This document shows, in pieces, positions 46,976-61,316 of a stretch of 64,000 nucleotides of DNA. The stretch comes from Anthoceros angustus. Its lineage: Eukaryota; Plantae; Anthocerotophyta. The stretch's first letter is position 1, and the number at the start of each line of letters is the position of its first letter. The stretch spans positions 1-64,000 of the forward strand of contig MU008212.1 in NCBI GenBank assembly GCA_010909165.1, in the 5' to 3' direction. Under the pieces are notes generated by a model. The model did no database searches. It was not told the origin of the DNA and worked only from the letters and a program-made list of their open reading frames with translations. A program made the translations under genes and the position numbers.

Positions 46976-48841
46976 GAGCCTCTCTTATGCTAAGGAGAGT
47001 AAACCGTTTTGTATAAGACCTTTTTACTGTGTAATTGCTTACATCTTTCGATCCCAACTTGCTCTTGCCTCTCTTGCTTACATCTTGCATGATCATCACA
47101 CATTGCACACATGCGATCGTAGGCTACCAAATTCTTTACACTCTTGCACATGCACACAAAAGAGTAGCTCACGTCCACGCCGCTAACCTACACACTCGCA
47201 TACACTTGTAGCCATACATGCAGGCGGACCTACCCCAAACTAGGCGCAATCCGCACACGGACATTCATAGACACTACACATTGCTACACGGACATACTAG
47301 CCACTTTAGCTGCTGCAGAGGCAAAGGAGATGGCTCTTATTCCCAGGCGCAATTAGAGGCATGCAATTTGCTGCCAGACGAATAGTAGCTCATGAGCGCA
47401 CACACAAGGCAATCTGAGTGGGCGGCTTTCATGCTCGCGCACACTTGCGAGCACACATGCCAAGCTTGACACCACAAAGTTGTAGCTCATCACCGCATCG
47501 GATGCCACACCTATTCCAGATACCCTGGACCAAACCACACAAGCCACAGCAGCGTGGCGTCAAGTTGGAAATTGGAACCTGGAGACTAGGCCGGATGCTC
47601 CTTTGCTGCTCCCCCTTGCAGTCGAGCAGGAGCCCAATGTTTGGGAGGTGTTCCCACCTTCCACGACATTGACGGGGAGCCGCTTCCTGCAAAAACAACT
47701 GCCGGCTTAGGGACCTGCCTCAGAGCATTGAGAGAGGCCAGCAAAAAATACACACCTTGCTGGGTTGCTTCCAGCTCTAGCGCCTTCCCTCCCCTTTTGC
47801 CGCTGCTCTAGTCGGTGACCGCATTATGCAGTAGGCATGCAAGCGCCGGAGAAATTGTTGTGCTTGGGCGCTCAGTAAATGGAGGCACTTTGGTGTGAGT
47901 GCTTCACTCCGCGGGGCATGAAGATGATGGCGTGGCGACACTGCTCGACTTCACGTAAAAAGGTGATTCAAAATGATTATTTGCCTTGTATAAGACTTAA
48001 CCATAAAATGATTTTAGAATATCACTTAAATTTTGGCCAATTGTATCACGAGTGCCGCTTGGTCGCTTGTTTTTAATACATAACGTGGTACACCAAAATG
48101 GACATACATCACACCTTTGCCTACAGTGGTGAAGGGGTTGCTAACAAGAGAGTGATTGCACAAGATATTAACCACAAGTGGTTGAATGCCTTGCACGTGA
48201 ACTTGCGGTGGCGATTTGGATGAGCATCTCCACATTGATGCTATATTGGGGTCCATATTGATATTCCGCAGCATGTTTGGATGTGTCCGGACTTGGAAGG
48301 AACAAGCGGAGGGTCCAAAAGCAGAGGATTTTTGACTTGGAGCATGAGGTTCTTGTCCACGAGGCGTGAGACATTTCTTCGTTCGTTTAGATCCACGTAT
48401 GTTCATTTAAACATGCGCCACTCGATGTGGACCCACTACCACCGGCATGCGGCGTCCGATTGCCCTATTGCATCGGGAAGCGATCCACTTCTCTGTTAAG
48501 ATGTAGAAAACACAAGCATCATGTCCATGTGGCAAGTCCATCGACTTTTGAGCCATGTGGGCACTCGGACCGTGATTATTACTTGTGCTGTATATTTTAT
48601 TTTATTTTAATTATGTACCTCTAGAACTAGTGATGGGGCATGGGCATCAAAATGACATAAACATAGATGGTTGTCAAATTATGGACCCTTATAAGCGGAT
48701 ACCTCGGCTCTAGTCAATTACAGCCCTAATTTTCGAGGGATTTTTACAAGTGTGCTCGAAATGCCATGTTCGTGCCCATAAGAAACCCCACATATAATAG
48801 ACCCAAAAGCCCGTCATGTATATTCAGCCCTTTAAATATTA

Positions 48842-48892
48842 TTGTATTATGATAAATATCCTTAGGTCGGTAGTTTGATTCCGGGAGATCGA
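48842..48892 (+). pseudogene. tRNA-Tyr 3'-half relic, copy B
   Basis: Duplicate of 29941-29990. Confidence 0.65.
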
Positions 48893-49224
48893 ATTGGTCA
48901 TTGGTAGTTAAAGAGGGTTTCTATGCGGATTGCTTCCACGCTCAGTCCGATGGGGAGTTTTTACATTTTCACAGCTTGAGGCTTGCACGCCAACCCAAAG
49001 GAAGCATTCGGCTGGTATAAGTTATTCTTTCAAGCTTAAATGAAGCTGAACTTGATTCTTAAGATTAAGAGTTGAACTACAATGGTTAAAGCTCAAATTT
49101 ATTGTTGAAAGCTAGATTAAAATTTTTAAAGCTGAGTTGAATTGTTATGAACTGAATGTGGAAAGGTGAAGATGCGCTCTGAACTCGTTTTTCCATGTTG
49201 ATAAATCCTTACCCACTGGTTCAG

Positions 49225-49293
49225 TCCATCTCCGCGCAGAACTGTAGTTTTGCAGATATCCTTAGGTCGCTGGTTCGATTCCGGCAGATGGGA
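49225..49293 (+). pseudogene. D-armless tRNA-Tyr(GTA)-like gene, copy B
   Basis: Identical to 30315-30383. Confidence 0.8.
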
Positions 49294-49683
49294 TGCGTAA
49301 GTTGGAAGTGGTTAAAGTTGATTCTTTTCCCATCTAAATCAATCTCTATGTACCCTCCCTCGATGAGGGCGGCTGCAAGGTGAGAAATCTGCAGGCGAGA
49401 TGCAGTCTTTCGATGAGGGCGGCTGCAAGAAGAGAAAGCTGCAGGCGAGATGCTTCTGACAAGTACTGGACGACGAGGTTTCTCCTTTTCGTGGATAGGT
49501 CGGTGCATGGCAGTGTGACATGCTTGCTTGGGGAACGTGTACTTGAGCGCGACCTTCCCAACTGCGAAGATGCCATCAACTTATGCCATCGATCTCAGCA
49601 GCAGAGCGAAGTCTCGAATGCCTGCCTATATGCAACCCTACATCTACGATTCCTTGCAATTAATTCCAGTCTGAGACCCAGAG

Positions 49684-50350
49684 ATGGCCTCCTGCATCCA
49701 TCCACGCGTACGCTGGTGCTGTTCTTCTCCTTGGCAGTGATACTGGCCCTGGCAGGGCGTACGACGAGGACGCCATGGTCGACTTCTGCGTGGCGGACCT
49801 GAGCTCGCGGACCCGATCCAACGCGTACGACTGCAAGCCGGAGTCGGAGGTGACGGGAGAGGACTTCCGATTCAGCCTGGCGCCGACCGCGCCCGGGCCC
49901 GGCTTCCCCGCGGGCCAAGCTGGGCCTCACCTCCGCCTTCGTGCAGCAGTTCCGGCGCTGAACCTGCAGGGGCTGGCGGCGGGGCTGCTGAGCTGGGAGC
50001 AAGGTGGGCAGACGCCGCCGCACACGCACAACCGGGCCTCCGAGCTCATCTACCTCCTGCAGGGCAGCGTCAAGGTGGGCTTCGTCTCCAACGCCAACTT
50101 GCTGTACCAGACGGTGCTCAAGCCCGGCGACCTCTTCCTCTTCCCCAAAGGCCTGCTGCACTTCCAGCAGAACGTGGGCGCCGGCCTGCCTCCGCCCTCG
50201 CCGTGCTCAACAGCCAGGACCCCGGCGTGCAGCTCGTGCTCAACGCGCTCCTGGCGTCCAGCCCCTGCACATCGACGACGCCACCGTCTCGCAGAGCTTG
50301 GCGTTCCTCTCAAGACCGTCAGGAGCCTCCGGAAGGGTTTCCTCGCTTGA
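49684..50350 (+). CDS. Germin-like protein, copy B (frameshifted)
   Basis: Duplicate of copy A with PPHTHNRASE and PKGLLHFQQN. It shares the start and C-terminal frameshifts and has extra private indels. Confidence 0.82.
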
Positions 50351-50937
50351 TCCTCGCGAGATTCAGATCTCTTCTTCCCCGCTTACTTGTTGTTTCCAAG
50401 TTTTAAGTTTATTGAACGCGAGGTCTCCTGCTCAGGAACTTTTCCCAATACTTACATGGGCCTTCAGCTTCAGCCCCCAGACTCTCATTGAAGCAACATT
50501 CTCTCACAATGGCCTCCCACAATGCAGCCCCCAGACTCTCATGGAAGAAACATTCTCTCCACAACGGCCTCCCACAATGCAGTAACCCTAGAACGTCCAA
50601 AGGGGTTTGCGCATTTGAGCACCGTCTGGTACAGCAAGTTGGCGTTGAATCTGCTGGATGTCTACGTTGCCTATCTTAGGGATATTGTCCTGTCCCGGTT
50701 TCGTGACAGACCATGGATGAATGTCATGGTTTCGGGGTAGACGGCACAAGATACTTCTTCACTTGTCCTCATGGCTTTGGTGCCATGCTGCATCCCGACA
50801 AAGTGAAGGTGCCTTTCTGCTGGGGCTGATACATCAATGTACAGCAGCCTTAGGTGCTGTAATCCAATCCCGGTATGAGCAGCAGACTTGATGACCGTGT
50901 ATGAGGCCAAGTGTTTTGACTATATAAGAAAAGGTTG

Positions 50938-53900
50938 TGCTGGAGTAGAAACTCTGGCGCCACGGATTGGGCTTTAGCACCCAAGAGTTATTAGGGCACG
51001 TTTCGTGCATAGGTAGATAAATGTTTTAGTTGCTGAAGAGCAGTTCTGTTGGTTACGCTAGCACTCGACAGTAGTGCGGTTACAACCGCATCTCAGACAC
51101 TATATGTACAGCATTCTCGCTTAAGCAGTTCAATCATCATAGCTCAATCTAGCATCTTGCTCTGCTTTATGATAACAGAGCCAAAGGGCCAACTGTTGTT
51201 CGGCTCACGCGCCACGCGCCACGCGTGTCGCAAGTTCACCGATGGCGCGGCGATGGATGGCGGCAATCCGCATGCATCCCGAGATCGAGATCGGCAAGAT
51301 GCCTAGAAGGCGCACCCCGGCCTCTTACTCTCCCTTGGGAGGCGCCTCGATGCTGCAAGTTATTTGCGGGGGCGTATCAAAGAGATGAGCGGAACTTGGC
51401 CTCAAGTCTCGTCGGCCTCGGTCCCTTCGTGTACCACGGGATCCCACTCTCTTCCATCACGCCCTCCGGCTTCACAGCGTTTTGCTAACCGCATGTCTGT
51501 AGATTCCGACCGCCTCCGGATCTAGTACCGGCCGCTTTGTTTCCAATCGAGCCGTTATCACCCCTCGAACCAAATCACGAGTTGGATCACAAATCCCATC
51601 ACTCCACTTTGCATTAGAGAAGATTTATCTTAGCATTAGGTACTAGAGTCGTTAGTACATGCTTGCCTTGATCCACTTAAATCGCAGAGAAAATTCGAAA
51701 CTAGAGGCAATGGGTGCGGTTATCAACACAACGAAGATCGAGTTCCACGACCGCGATCGCTTCACGAGGAACCGACTTTGGCGTGTGAAATGCGCTGCGC
51801 TTCTCGAGGACCAAGATCTCATGGACATAACCGATGGGACACTCCCTATTACCTGCTACAACAACCTGGGGACTCGACGATAGCGACTGGCGGAAGAAAG
51901 ATAAGAAGGCCATAAATTTGCTTATCTCGACTTTAGATAAAACCATGCTTGACGCCGAATCAGGCCCATGATTTGGAAGGCTTTTAAAGACATGTTCCAA
52001 TCCCAGTTCCATGTCCCTTATACATGCAACAAGACATTTCTACAGCTGAAAATGAAGGAGAAGGCGTATGACAAGGGAGATGTTAGCAATGTTACGGCGA
52101 CACGGAGCTCGGTGACGTTACTGACGCAAGCCCTGGCCGTGAGGACTTGAAGTTGTGTCGCTTCTACACTCTCCAACTTACACTTTCTCGGAAGTCGTTG
52201 GCGCACTCTTGGACGAAGAATCCGGCCGCTCCGACAATCCACGCCGCAGTCAAGGTGCAAATCATGCCCTCTTTACTTCTCGAGGCCGAGGAGGAAGGCG
52301 AGGCGGGCGGAGGAGCTTCTCGTAAGATCTTGAACCGGTCATCACCTAGAGGATTCAACAACTCCGGCCCGGCCTCATAAGAAGAACGGAAGGACCCATG
52401 GCGGTGCCGCATTCCCGAGCACTACGAGCACGAATGCGGGAAAAGCGGTCGGAGAACCCCGACGAGACTCACCCAGAAGCAGGTCCAACGTGACTACATC
52501 AATCAAGTCACCCAAGCTCAATTCTAGCCGTTTGCTTGCCACCGATTGGACGTGCGGATGGTTTTAGATTCGGTAGCGACAACCCACATCTGCGGCGATG
52601 AGATATGTTCACATCCTACCATACGATCAACTTGACCAGCCCGTCCTCCTCGAAGATGGCGGTTCCCTACCGATCGAAAACCTTGGTGAGCAGGTGGTAT
52701 CTAATGGAGAAACTCTCACCATCAATGGTGCCCTCCACGTTCCTGCAATGACGAAGAATTTACTATCAGTCTGCAAGCTAGCAACGGAGAACAATCTCAT
52801 CATTACCTTCCAAGGCAACCATTGCTCCATCTATCATTCAGATGACAAGACTCAAGCGCTATAGCACATGGACTTCCTTCAACAACTGTACCTACTCAAT
52901 ATTGATCGTCTTGACGCGTGGCGGCTCCTCATTAAACCTTGACGGCGCGGACACTGCAGTCGGCATATCAATCCCGGTACCTCGGCATTTTCCAACCCGA
53001 ACATGTATAAGGATCCACGTCAAGCATTAAAACCCAAGGACTTCTTCGAGATATGCAAGTACTCAAAGTTACATCAACTCCCATTCAACGACCCTCACCT
53101 ACTCGAAGCGTCTCACGGAGGTCGTACACTCGAATATTTGCGGACCAATGAGCACCTCCGGTTTGGTGGCCACATCTACTTCTTGACATTCTTGGGAGTG
53201 GGCGAATGCCATATCTTTTCCTTAGGCACGGGGCAAGCACTCACATGTTTCCAAGAATTTGTCCTAGCAGAAAGGCAAGCGGTTTCAGTCGGCCTCCCGC
53301 GACAGCGGAGGAGAGTACACAAGTCGGCCTTCCATGACTTCGCAAATCAAAGGATTCTCCGCCAACTCACGATTATCTCACACGGCCCGAACCCATTTCT
53401 TGGCGGTGAATCGCTCCTTCTTGAGATGTCCGGATCCATACTCAAGCTTTCAGGCTCACTCGAGGCTCTTGGGCGAGGCCGTAGCAACATCCAATTATCG
53501 AAGAATAGATTACCCACAAAAGAGCTGCCCAACATCACACCCTTTGGCTGGGCACAAGCCCCGGATCTCCCATATCGGAATCTTGGCGGTCCAACATTTG
53601 CTCACATCCCGATGTTAGCGGGGCGCAAAGGGGCGACAAGGCGGAAAACTCCTCTTTGTCGGGTCGGATCGAGCCAAGGCATATCGCCTTTTGACCTTTC
53701 CACCCGTGAGGTACTCTCTAGAAGTGTCCACTTCCATGAATTCCTATTTGCTCAACTCCTATGTAGCCTCTCTGTCGTCCCCCTCCCTCGCTCCTAGCAT
53801 GTCGTTTCCTCCACATGGATTCCCCTCTTGCTCTTGAGGGGCCACACTCTGACGACCAAGTCCAAGAGGAGAACCCGGCTCGTTTACCTGCTCCGGTGGC

Positions 53901-56156
53901 CCAAGCACCACCACATGTTTCAGTGCTGACCCTTACTCTACCTCCTCCATAACTACACCACAGTTCTAGATCGACCACACCATCATGTGATAGATAACCA
54001 AGACTTAGACATGAACCATATCCCGATGGTGAGTACGGGTGCAAAACCTTACCCCTCCTCTAAGGCGTTCCACGTGCAATAGACCGCTAAGCCATCTATG
54101 GAAAATCCACCCTCCGTCCCTAGAGATTCTTTTTCGTCAAGCAACCATTCCACCTATAGAAGCACCGGTTCACGCTCAAGCCCGGCTGACAACGCAGACC
54201 AGTCCGACTTGCTGCATCAAGCTCTTTCGACAATTGAAATGCAAGATGTACCGCAAGCATAGAAGAAGCCCTTAGTACGCCCGAGTGGAAGGCATCATCC
54301 AATCGAATCGACTCCTTAATTGCCGATAATACCGGAAGCTCACCGACACACTGCTGGACACAAACCAATCTCTTGTAAATGGACCTTGAAGAAAACTCAA
54401 CCAAATTTGTTTGAGGTACAAGTCCAGACTGGTAGCCCATGGCTTCACCCAGGTACCAGGCTTTGATTATGAGGAGAAGTGTGACCACATGGTGAAGGCA
54501 ACCTCAATCAGGATACTGCTAGCCTTCGCAGCCCATCATCACCTGCACATCCACCAGGTAGATGTAAAAACGGCATTCTTGTATGGCACACTACACGAAG
54601 ATATCTATATGCTTCAACCACCAGGCTTCATCAAGGACAGCAGAAAAGTGTGCAAACTACTCAAGTCTATTTACGGACTTAAGCAATCTGCACAAGTATG
54701 GAACAAGCTGTGGACACATACGAAGAAGTGCGGTTTCATTCCCTCATCTCCGACACCGTCTACATTAGGAACAAAGGACAAGTTCGCAATGGTCACCTTT
54801 GTCGTTGACGACAACTTCGATTTTGGAGACAGTCCCGAGATTATCCAGTATGTGAAAGACCTCCTGTCAAAGGAGTATGGCGTTATGAACATGGGACCCC
54901 TACGGTATGCACTAGTACAGTTCGAACACAACAAGGAGGACCACTCTTTCTTCATCCATCAAGAACATTACGTAAATCAGTTGCTGGAGAGATTCAACAT
55001 GAAAGACGCGAAGCCAGTATCAACTCCGGTGGCATCGGGATAGAAGGTATACGCGACCGCCCGGTACACTGAAGAATCAATGGAGATGTCACCATCCGTC
55101 TGGCGAGGCGATGGGCAGCCTACTTTACCTCTCAATGGACAAGACCCGGCGTTGCACAAGCGTGAGCGTGGTATCCGATATTTGTCGAACCGGGAAGGCT
55201 CACGGACTGCGTCAAGCGCATCCTTCGCTACCTAAAGAAGACCAAGTCCATTGGACTCATCTGGTGACGCTCTACCAAGCTCACTCTAATCTCCTTCTCG
55301 ACGCAGATTGGGCGGGAGATCCGAGATCACGAGAAGATCTGACGACCCTCGCATGACCATCAACGATTATGCGATGTCATGGGCATGCAAGAAGATGCAA
55401 ACAATCATGCCTCATCAGCAGGCGGGTATGCGGCAACAACGTTGGCGGCCAAGGAGATTCTGTGGGTGAGGCAATTCCTGCACGACATAGGCGAGGACCA
55501 GGATCAGCCTACACAGCTATTCTGCGACAATCAATCGGCCATCGCCATAACACTCAACCCTGTGCTGCACGCAAGGACCAAGCACGTGGAGATCCAGCAC
55601 CACTTCATTCGGCAAGTGGTGGCCAACAAGCAAGTCGCCTTAAGCTACATCAACACGAATGACAACACCACCGATCTGCTGACGAAGGGCCTACCCAAGC
55701 CACTTCACGACAAGCATCAAGGCATCGGATGTGATCAAAGAATCTTATCGAGCATCCCTTCGCGTTGCGTGCACGAAGGGAACTCCTTAGCTCCGTCGAC
55801 GACTGCTCCACCGCGCCAAGCATCCTTACGCAACTTCAACCTTCCACCTGCACTGGAAGATCGAGGACGAGGTTGAGACATGTATGGGAGATCGGCGCCA
55901 TCACGCAAAAGGAATCCAGCGGGGGAGTGTTGGAGTAGAAACTCTGGCGCCACGGATTGGACTTTAGCACCCAAGAGTTATTAGGGCACGTTTCGTGCAT
56001 AGGTAGATAAATGTTTTAGTTCTTTGAAGAAGCGATTACATTGGATTACGCTAGCACTTTCGGATGCGGTTACAACCGCATCTCGGACACTATATGTACA
56101 TTCTCGCTTTTAGAGTTCAATCATCATAGCTCAATCTAGCATCTTGCTCCGCTTTA
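50938..56156 (+). mobile_element. Copia-2B LTR retrotransposon (~5.2 kb), same insertion as 2A
   Basis: LTRs 50938-51169 and 55928-56156, TSD GGTTG (50933-50937, 56157-56161), RT motifs YKSRLVAHGFTQ, HQVDVKTAFLYG and FVVDD, and RNase H motif LFCDNQSAIAITLNPVLHARTKHVEIQHHFIRQ. Confidence 0.94.
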
Positions 56157-57863
56157 GGTTGATGGGTTTTCACAAATTGGCGGTGAAGCAAGTTGTAAGT
56201 TGGAATGCCATTCGATCGATGACGACATTCACAAAGGACTCTAGACTAGAGTGTTTTCTAAAGCTCACGATCGGAAAACGAGCTAACATGCTTGAGCTTG
56301 TAAACCTTGCTCAAGCGTTACATCTAACCGTGAAATGACTGGTAACACCTCATATGGCAAAAGCCTTATGGTAGGTGACGTGACATCAATGCCGGCTCTA
56401 ATCCACCTTCCGCATGTGCAACTTGGACTCACGAAGTTTAAATCAAGCCGGTGAGAAGGCGTAAATCACTTTCAAACTATCTATGCTTGAGGGAAAGATT
56501 CTAGCCAAAGGTGTTGCAAGCTTGTGCGACCACATACCTCAAATATGTAGTCTTGTTAACTTTGTTAGTTGTGATTGTGAACGCTCGATTTATAGGTTCA
56601 CCAATTTTGATAATGCCTCCCAGAACACCTCAATTTATCTCGGCCTTTAGGCAGGAACATTCTCTTGGTCCCAAATGTTTGGAGAAGAGCCCGAGGAACA
56701 TTTCTTTTTGTCCCGAATGTCCGCTCTTCATCAAAAACAATAATTATTCATAAAACATAAAACCTTGACCCTAAGGGCTAACCACCGCCACCAACTTGAC
56801 TTCCTTTGGAGCTTCTACCCCATGAGGACTTGTTCTCGTCCCAAGAGGAAGGTGTAAGACTTACTACGGTAGTGTGTGGTCAAGTTTACACTGTTTAGGG
56901 TAGAATTCTCCAATGCGGGTCTCATATATCATACCATTAGCACCGCCGGAGGAACATCTGATCCGTTGGTCTTTTGGAAAATCGAGATCATATCCTAATA
57001 GACTAGAGTATAACCTCGATTTTCCAAAGACCAGCGGATCTATATGGTATTCGATGTGAGCGAATACCTACATATCATCTGACATGTTTTTTTTTTTTTT
57101 GGCGGATGTAATAGTCCATTTTAATCCCATAAGTGTCATCCATCCGTCTTGGTAGACTAGAGATAATTTCTTCTTCTTCTTGGGAAAAGAAGACTTTATC
57201 ATGAAAAAAAGATGGAAATTTCTTCTTCTTTTCTACCACTAGGGTTGTAATCAAATAATGATATAGATATTATTATATATATTCTATTAATTATTTCACA
57301 GTAAAACTCGACGACCACTATTGGTAGAAGTTTGCAATTCATAGTCCCAACTTGGGAGTATGGAATTGCATAACCAATACGTGGTAGATACATATTTGAC
57401 TACAAGCTCTTTGACTCGGTGGACAGATTGCGGGATGATTCGCTGCCAAAGGCGGACGAGAGTTCGCCGACATATCTGGATTTCATCACGGCGCGCTCAT
57501 AGCAGAACTGCCTCCGAATCCGGGCAGCTTGTATGCAGCTTGTATAGCTCCAGACTAAACTATAGGAAATCCAGCTACTTGCGCTCGGAGGTGCTTGGTT
57601 ATCTGCTGGTGTTGGTGGGTGCTTCCTGTTCACGTTTCCCAATCTCAGGCCTTTGGAGCGGCTCTCTCAGGTGAGGGTGGGGAATGAAGGCCTGATGAAA
57701 TGGGGACTCTTGCATTCTTGTTTTCGGTGAAATTCGACTCATGTTTGGCTCTTGCAGTGGGGTGAGCGGGAGCGCTCCATCTGAGGGTGTTTTCACCGAG
57801 GGACGTGCACTGGTTGGGATTCAGGGTTTTCAGGGATCCTGGTTGTGTGGATTTGGAGGGAAT

Positions 57864-60800
57864 ATGGAGGCCGAAAGGAATTCTTTGACTAGAAGATTAG
57901 GCGTGTTGCGGAGGCATCTGCGGGAGGATGCTGGAGGTCCGACAGGCTTGTGGAGGAGTGTGTGTCTCCAGTACGCTCCTCCGAAGGGTGTTTCAGGTAT
58001 GTGCTGTTTAATTACTCGAATTCGGTTCGGCTGGGGCTCTTGCCGGTGACGGATGGGAGTATGGATTTTCCTGTATGTGTGAATCTGAATCAACAACAGA
58101 TCTGAACCTCGAGCTGAATGGAGAAAGAGAGGCTTGATTGGTGGTTGTTTGTTCTCTGATCTCTTTGCAGTGTTTGATATCTCGAAGATGAGGCAGTTGA
58201 TGGACGGCCACAATCTGGAGGAACGTGATCGTGTGTTTGAACTTATGGCTAGTAGTGAGCTCTTTCAGTTGAAAAGATAGCAGATACTGTATACGTTTTC
58301 CCGGACCACAATGAGCCCATGGAAGTGCAGAGGAGAAAACGTTGAAGAGAATCTTTTTAAGGGATAGAGGACTTTTCAGGAACTGGACGAGGGGTACTCA
58401 GAGGACAGCGCACGCAGGCAGGCCCAGCATGAGTGCTTGTCCATCTACGACCATTCCCTTGCCATCAAGCTGGGAGTTCACTTTCACCTCTGGTATGCGA
58501 TCCAAAGGGGTCGTCTGTTGGGGCTTTCAAGGAGAAGATGTGTGTTCAGCTGTGCTGCTGGACGGGGTGTTTCAGAGGAGAATGGTGCAGGATGTTGCAG
58601 TTTTGCTAACAGTTTTGGGCATGTGCTGCGATGTAGGGGAGGAGCTGTTCAGTTTCTCGGTACCAAAAGGCACCATGACAAATGGCTGGAGCTCACTGAG
58701 AACTTTGGTGTCGTGGGATCCTTCTCAATGAGTGAGCTTGGGCACGGGAGTAATGTAAGTCTCGCTGTTGTTGCATGTCCCGATTTGATTTTGCTTGTAC
58801 TTCCTATGTATTCTGACTCTGCAGCTGCACGGTACGTGGGATCGAGACAGTTACAACCTATGACTCGTCAACACAAGAGTTTATAATCAACACTCCTTGT
58901 GAGTCCGCCCAGAAGTACTGGATTGGTGGTGCAGCTCTGGTAGGTACCGAGTCAGAAGCACATGGCTTTGTGAATGAAAGCAGTCTCTACTTGCGATTTA
59001 TGATCTTGTGTGTCCGGATCCTGGTTTTAAGATCCCTTTCTGTCTCTGCACAGCACTCTACACACACAATCGTCTTTTCCCAGCTCGAAATTAATGGAGG
59101 AACGAAGGTGTGCATGCATTCATTGCACAAATCAGGGACAGAAGTGGCAATGTGCTGCCTGGGGTCCGTATTGCCGACTGTGGACACAAGATTGGTCTCA
59201 ACAGGAGTAGACAATGGGCGTGTCTGGTAACTTTCATCAGCATTCAAATTCATCCACCCTATGTTTTTGCTGTAGCAAGGAAGTGTAGTAATCTCTCATT
59301 CTGTTGGGCAGGTTTGACCGTAAGAGGGTTCCAAGGAGAATCTTCTGAACTCAGTGGCCGATGTAACGCCTGATGGACAGTACGTGAGTGCCATCAAGGA
59401 TCCGGACCAGGTGAGACTAGAAGCTCATGATGGGTGACTAGAAAAAGTTTTCTGTGATAGCATTCCTTGGTTTTATATCTTATGTTCATAGGTGCCTTAG
59501 GTAGGGAAGTGGCACTGACCATACTATCAATCTTTGGTTTCCAGAGGTTTGGTGCGTTTATGGCTCCCTTAACTTCTGGACGTGTTATCATTGCAGCAAA
59601 TGCTATCCATGTGGCTAAGGTGTGCAAGTCTTCATCTATTTACATAGGACCTACGGTTTTTACCTGGCTCTGTTGTTTTGGTGCTGATCTCTGGATCTGG
59701 CTGTTCAGATTGGTGTAGTTACTGCCATTCGATATGGATTGACTCGCAGAGCATTTTCCTTGGCACCTAATGCTGATGAAACGCTGCTCCTGGACTATCC
59801 CAGCCATCAACGTCGCTTGCTGCCCTTGTTAGCCAAAACGTGAGACCAGTTTCGTTTTCGCCTTCGCTCTTTCTGTTGCTAGCAGCTCTTACCTCGATCC
59901 TCCTACTCGGTGCTTACTGGCATGCACAGATACGTCATGGGCTTCGCTGCCAATGATCTTAAGCAGATGTATATACGTAGACGCCCATCTGATGCCAAAA
60001 GCATCCATGTCGTGTCAAGTGGATACAAAGCCATGTTCTCCTGGCACAACATTCGAAGTCTCCAGGTACGTGTCTCACTTTTCCTCAGATCTGTCCGTGC
60101 CCTGAACCAACCAGTTTTGCCTGTTTGCATCCTCTTGATTTCACGTTCCTGCTACAGGAGTGTCGTGAAGCTTGTGGTGGTCAGGGGCTGAAGACCGATA
60201 ACAGGATCGGACAGCTGAAAGCTGAATACGATGTTCAGCTGACATTCGAAGGGGACAACAATGTCTTGATGCAGCAGGTACCAGTAGTAGACCTCACGGT
60301 GTCCCTGCATCTGTCTTCGTGTCCTGACGGCTCTTTGTTTCTTCATATCAGGTGAGCAAGGCTTTATTGGGTGATTACCTCACAGCCAAAAAGAAGCAGA
60401 TTCCCCTCGAGGGTCTGGGCATGGAGCACATGAACGGCCCCAAGCCAGTGGTTCCAGCTACTTTCACCAGGGAACTTTTACGGGACAAGAATTTCCAAGT
60501 AAGCCGTTTCTGTCACAATTTTGGTACCTTACTGCTGGGCTCTCAGCGTGACTTGCCAGCTAATCCTGGAAACGCCCACCCACCTTCCCTTCCTTTTCTC
60601 CACAGGTTGCCTTATTCCAACTGCGGGAACGTGATCTCCTGGAGCGGTTGGCCTCAGAAGTCAACAGCTTAGTTATGGCAGGGAGACCTTTTGCATATGC
60701 CGCAATCGATGTAAGCACACCTACGTCTCTCTCCTTTCATGTTACGTCTAGAGTTGTTTCCTTAACGTTTCCTTTCTGTGATCGACCAGACCTACCAACT

Positions 60801-61316
60801 GGCTGAGGCTCTAGGTCGAGCCTACTCAGAAAGGTCTGTACTCCTCTGCGGCATCGCCGCTGAAGAGGCCCAATCGGGTTCAATAAAGGTGAGATCACCA
60901 GTCCCTCTCCAGACGTGACCCACAAATCTCATTTCACGGAATCAACACCTCCAACGCAATCTCGTAATGTACGCAGGATGTTCTCGGTCTGTTGAGGACT
61001 CTCTACGTGGTGTCCATCATGGATGAAGACCCCGTCTTCCTCAGGTACCCACAACAACTACTCCCTCCCCCCCAGCCTTCACTCCCTCGGTTCCTCACTC
61101 TTACCTTGCCCTCGCAGATACGGGTATGTCACACCCTCCCAGTCCCAAGCCACTCTCAAGGAGATCACGGAGCTGTGCAAGGAAGTCCGGCCTCACGCGC
61201 TTTCCCTTGTGGACTCCTTGGGGATACCTATGGGCTTCCTCGGCCCCATTGCCCACGACTGGCTGGAAGCCAACAAGTGGGAACACGCGGAGGGCAAGAA
61301 ATATTCCCGTGTATAA
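57864..61316 (+). CDS. ACX3: Peroxisomal acyl-CoA oxidase, ACX3 type (medium-chain), complete multi-exon gene
   Basis: PTS2 RLGVLRRHL (RLx5HL). ACX3-family motifs [89 protein letters not shown] and ELRP-like EVRPHAL. Stop at 61314-61316. Indels seen only in the duplicated 5' part. Confidence 0.95.

Larger units (their letters stand above)
42831..59942 (+). repeat. Segmental tandem duplication, copy B (~17.1 kb)
   Basis: Junction reads CATGGGC-ATA-CGCATCC at 42821-42837. Colinear with copy A. Confidence 0.92.
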
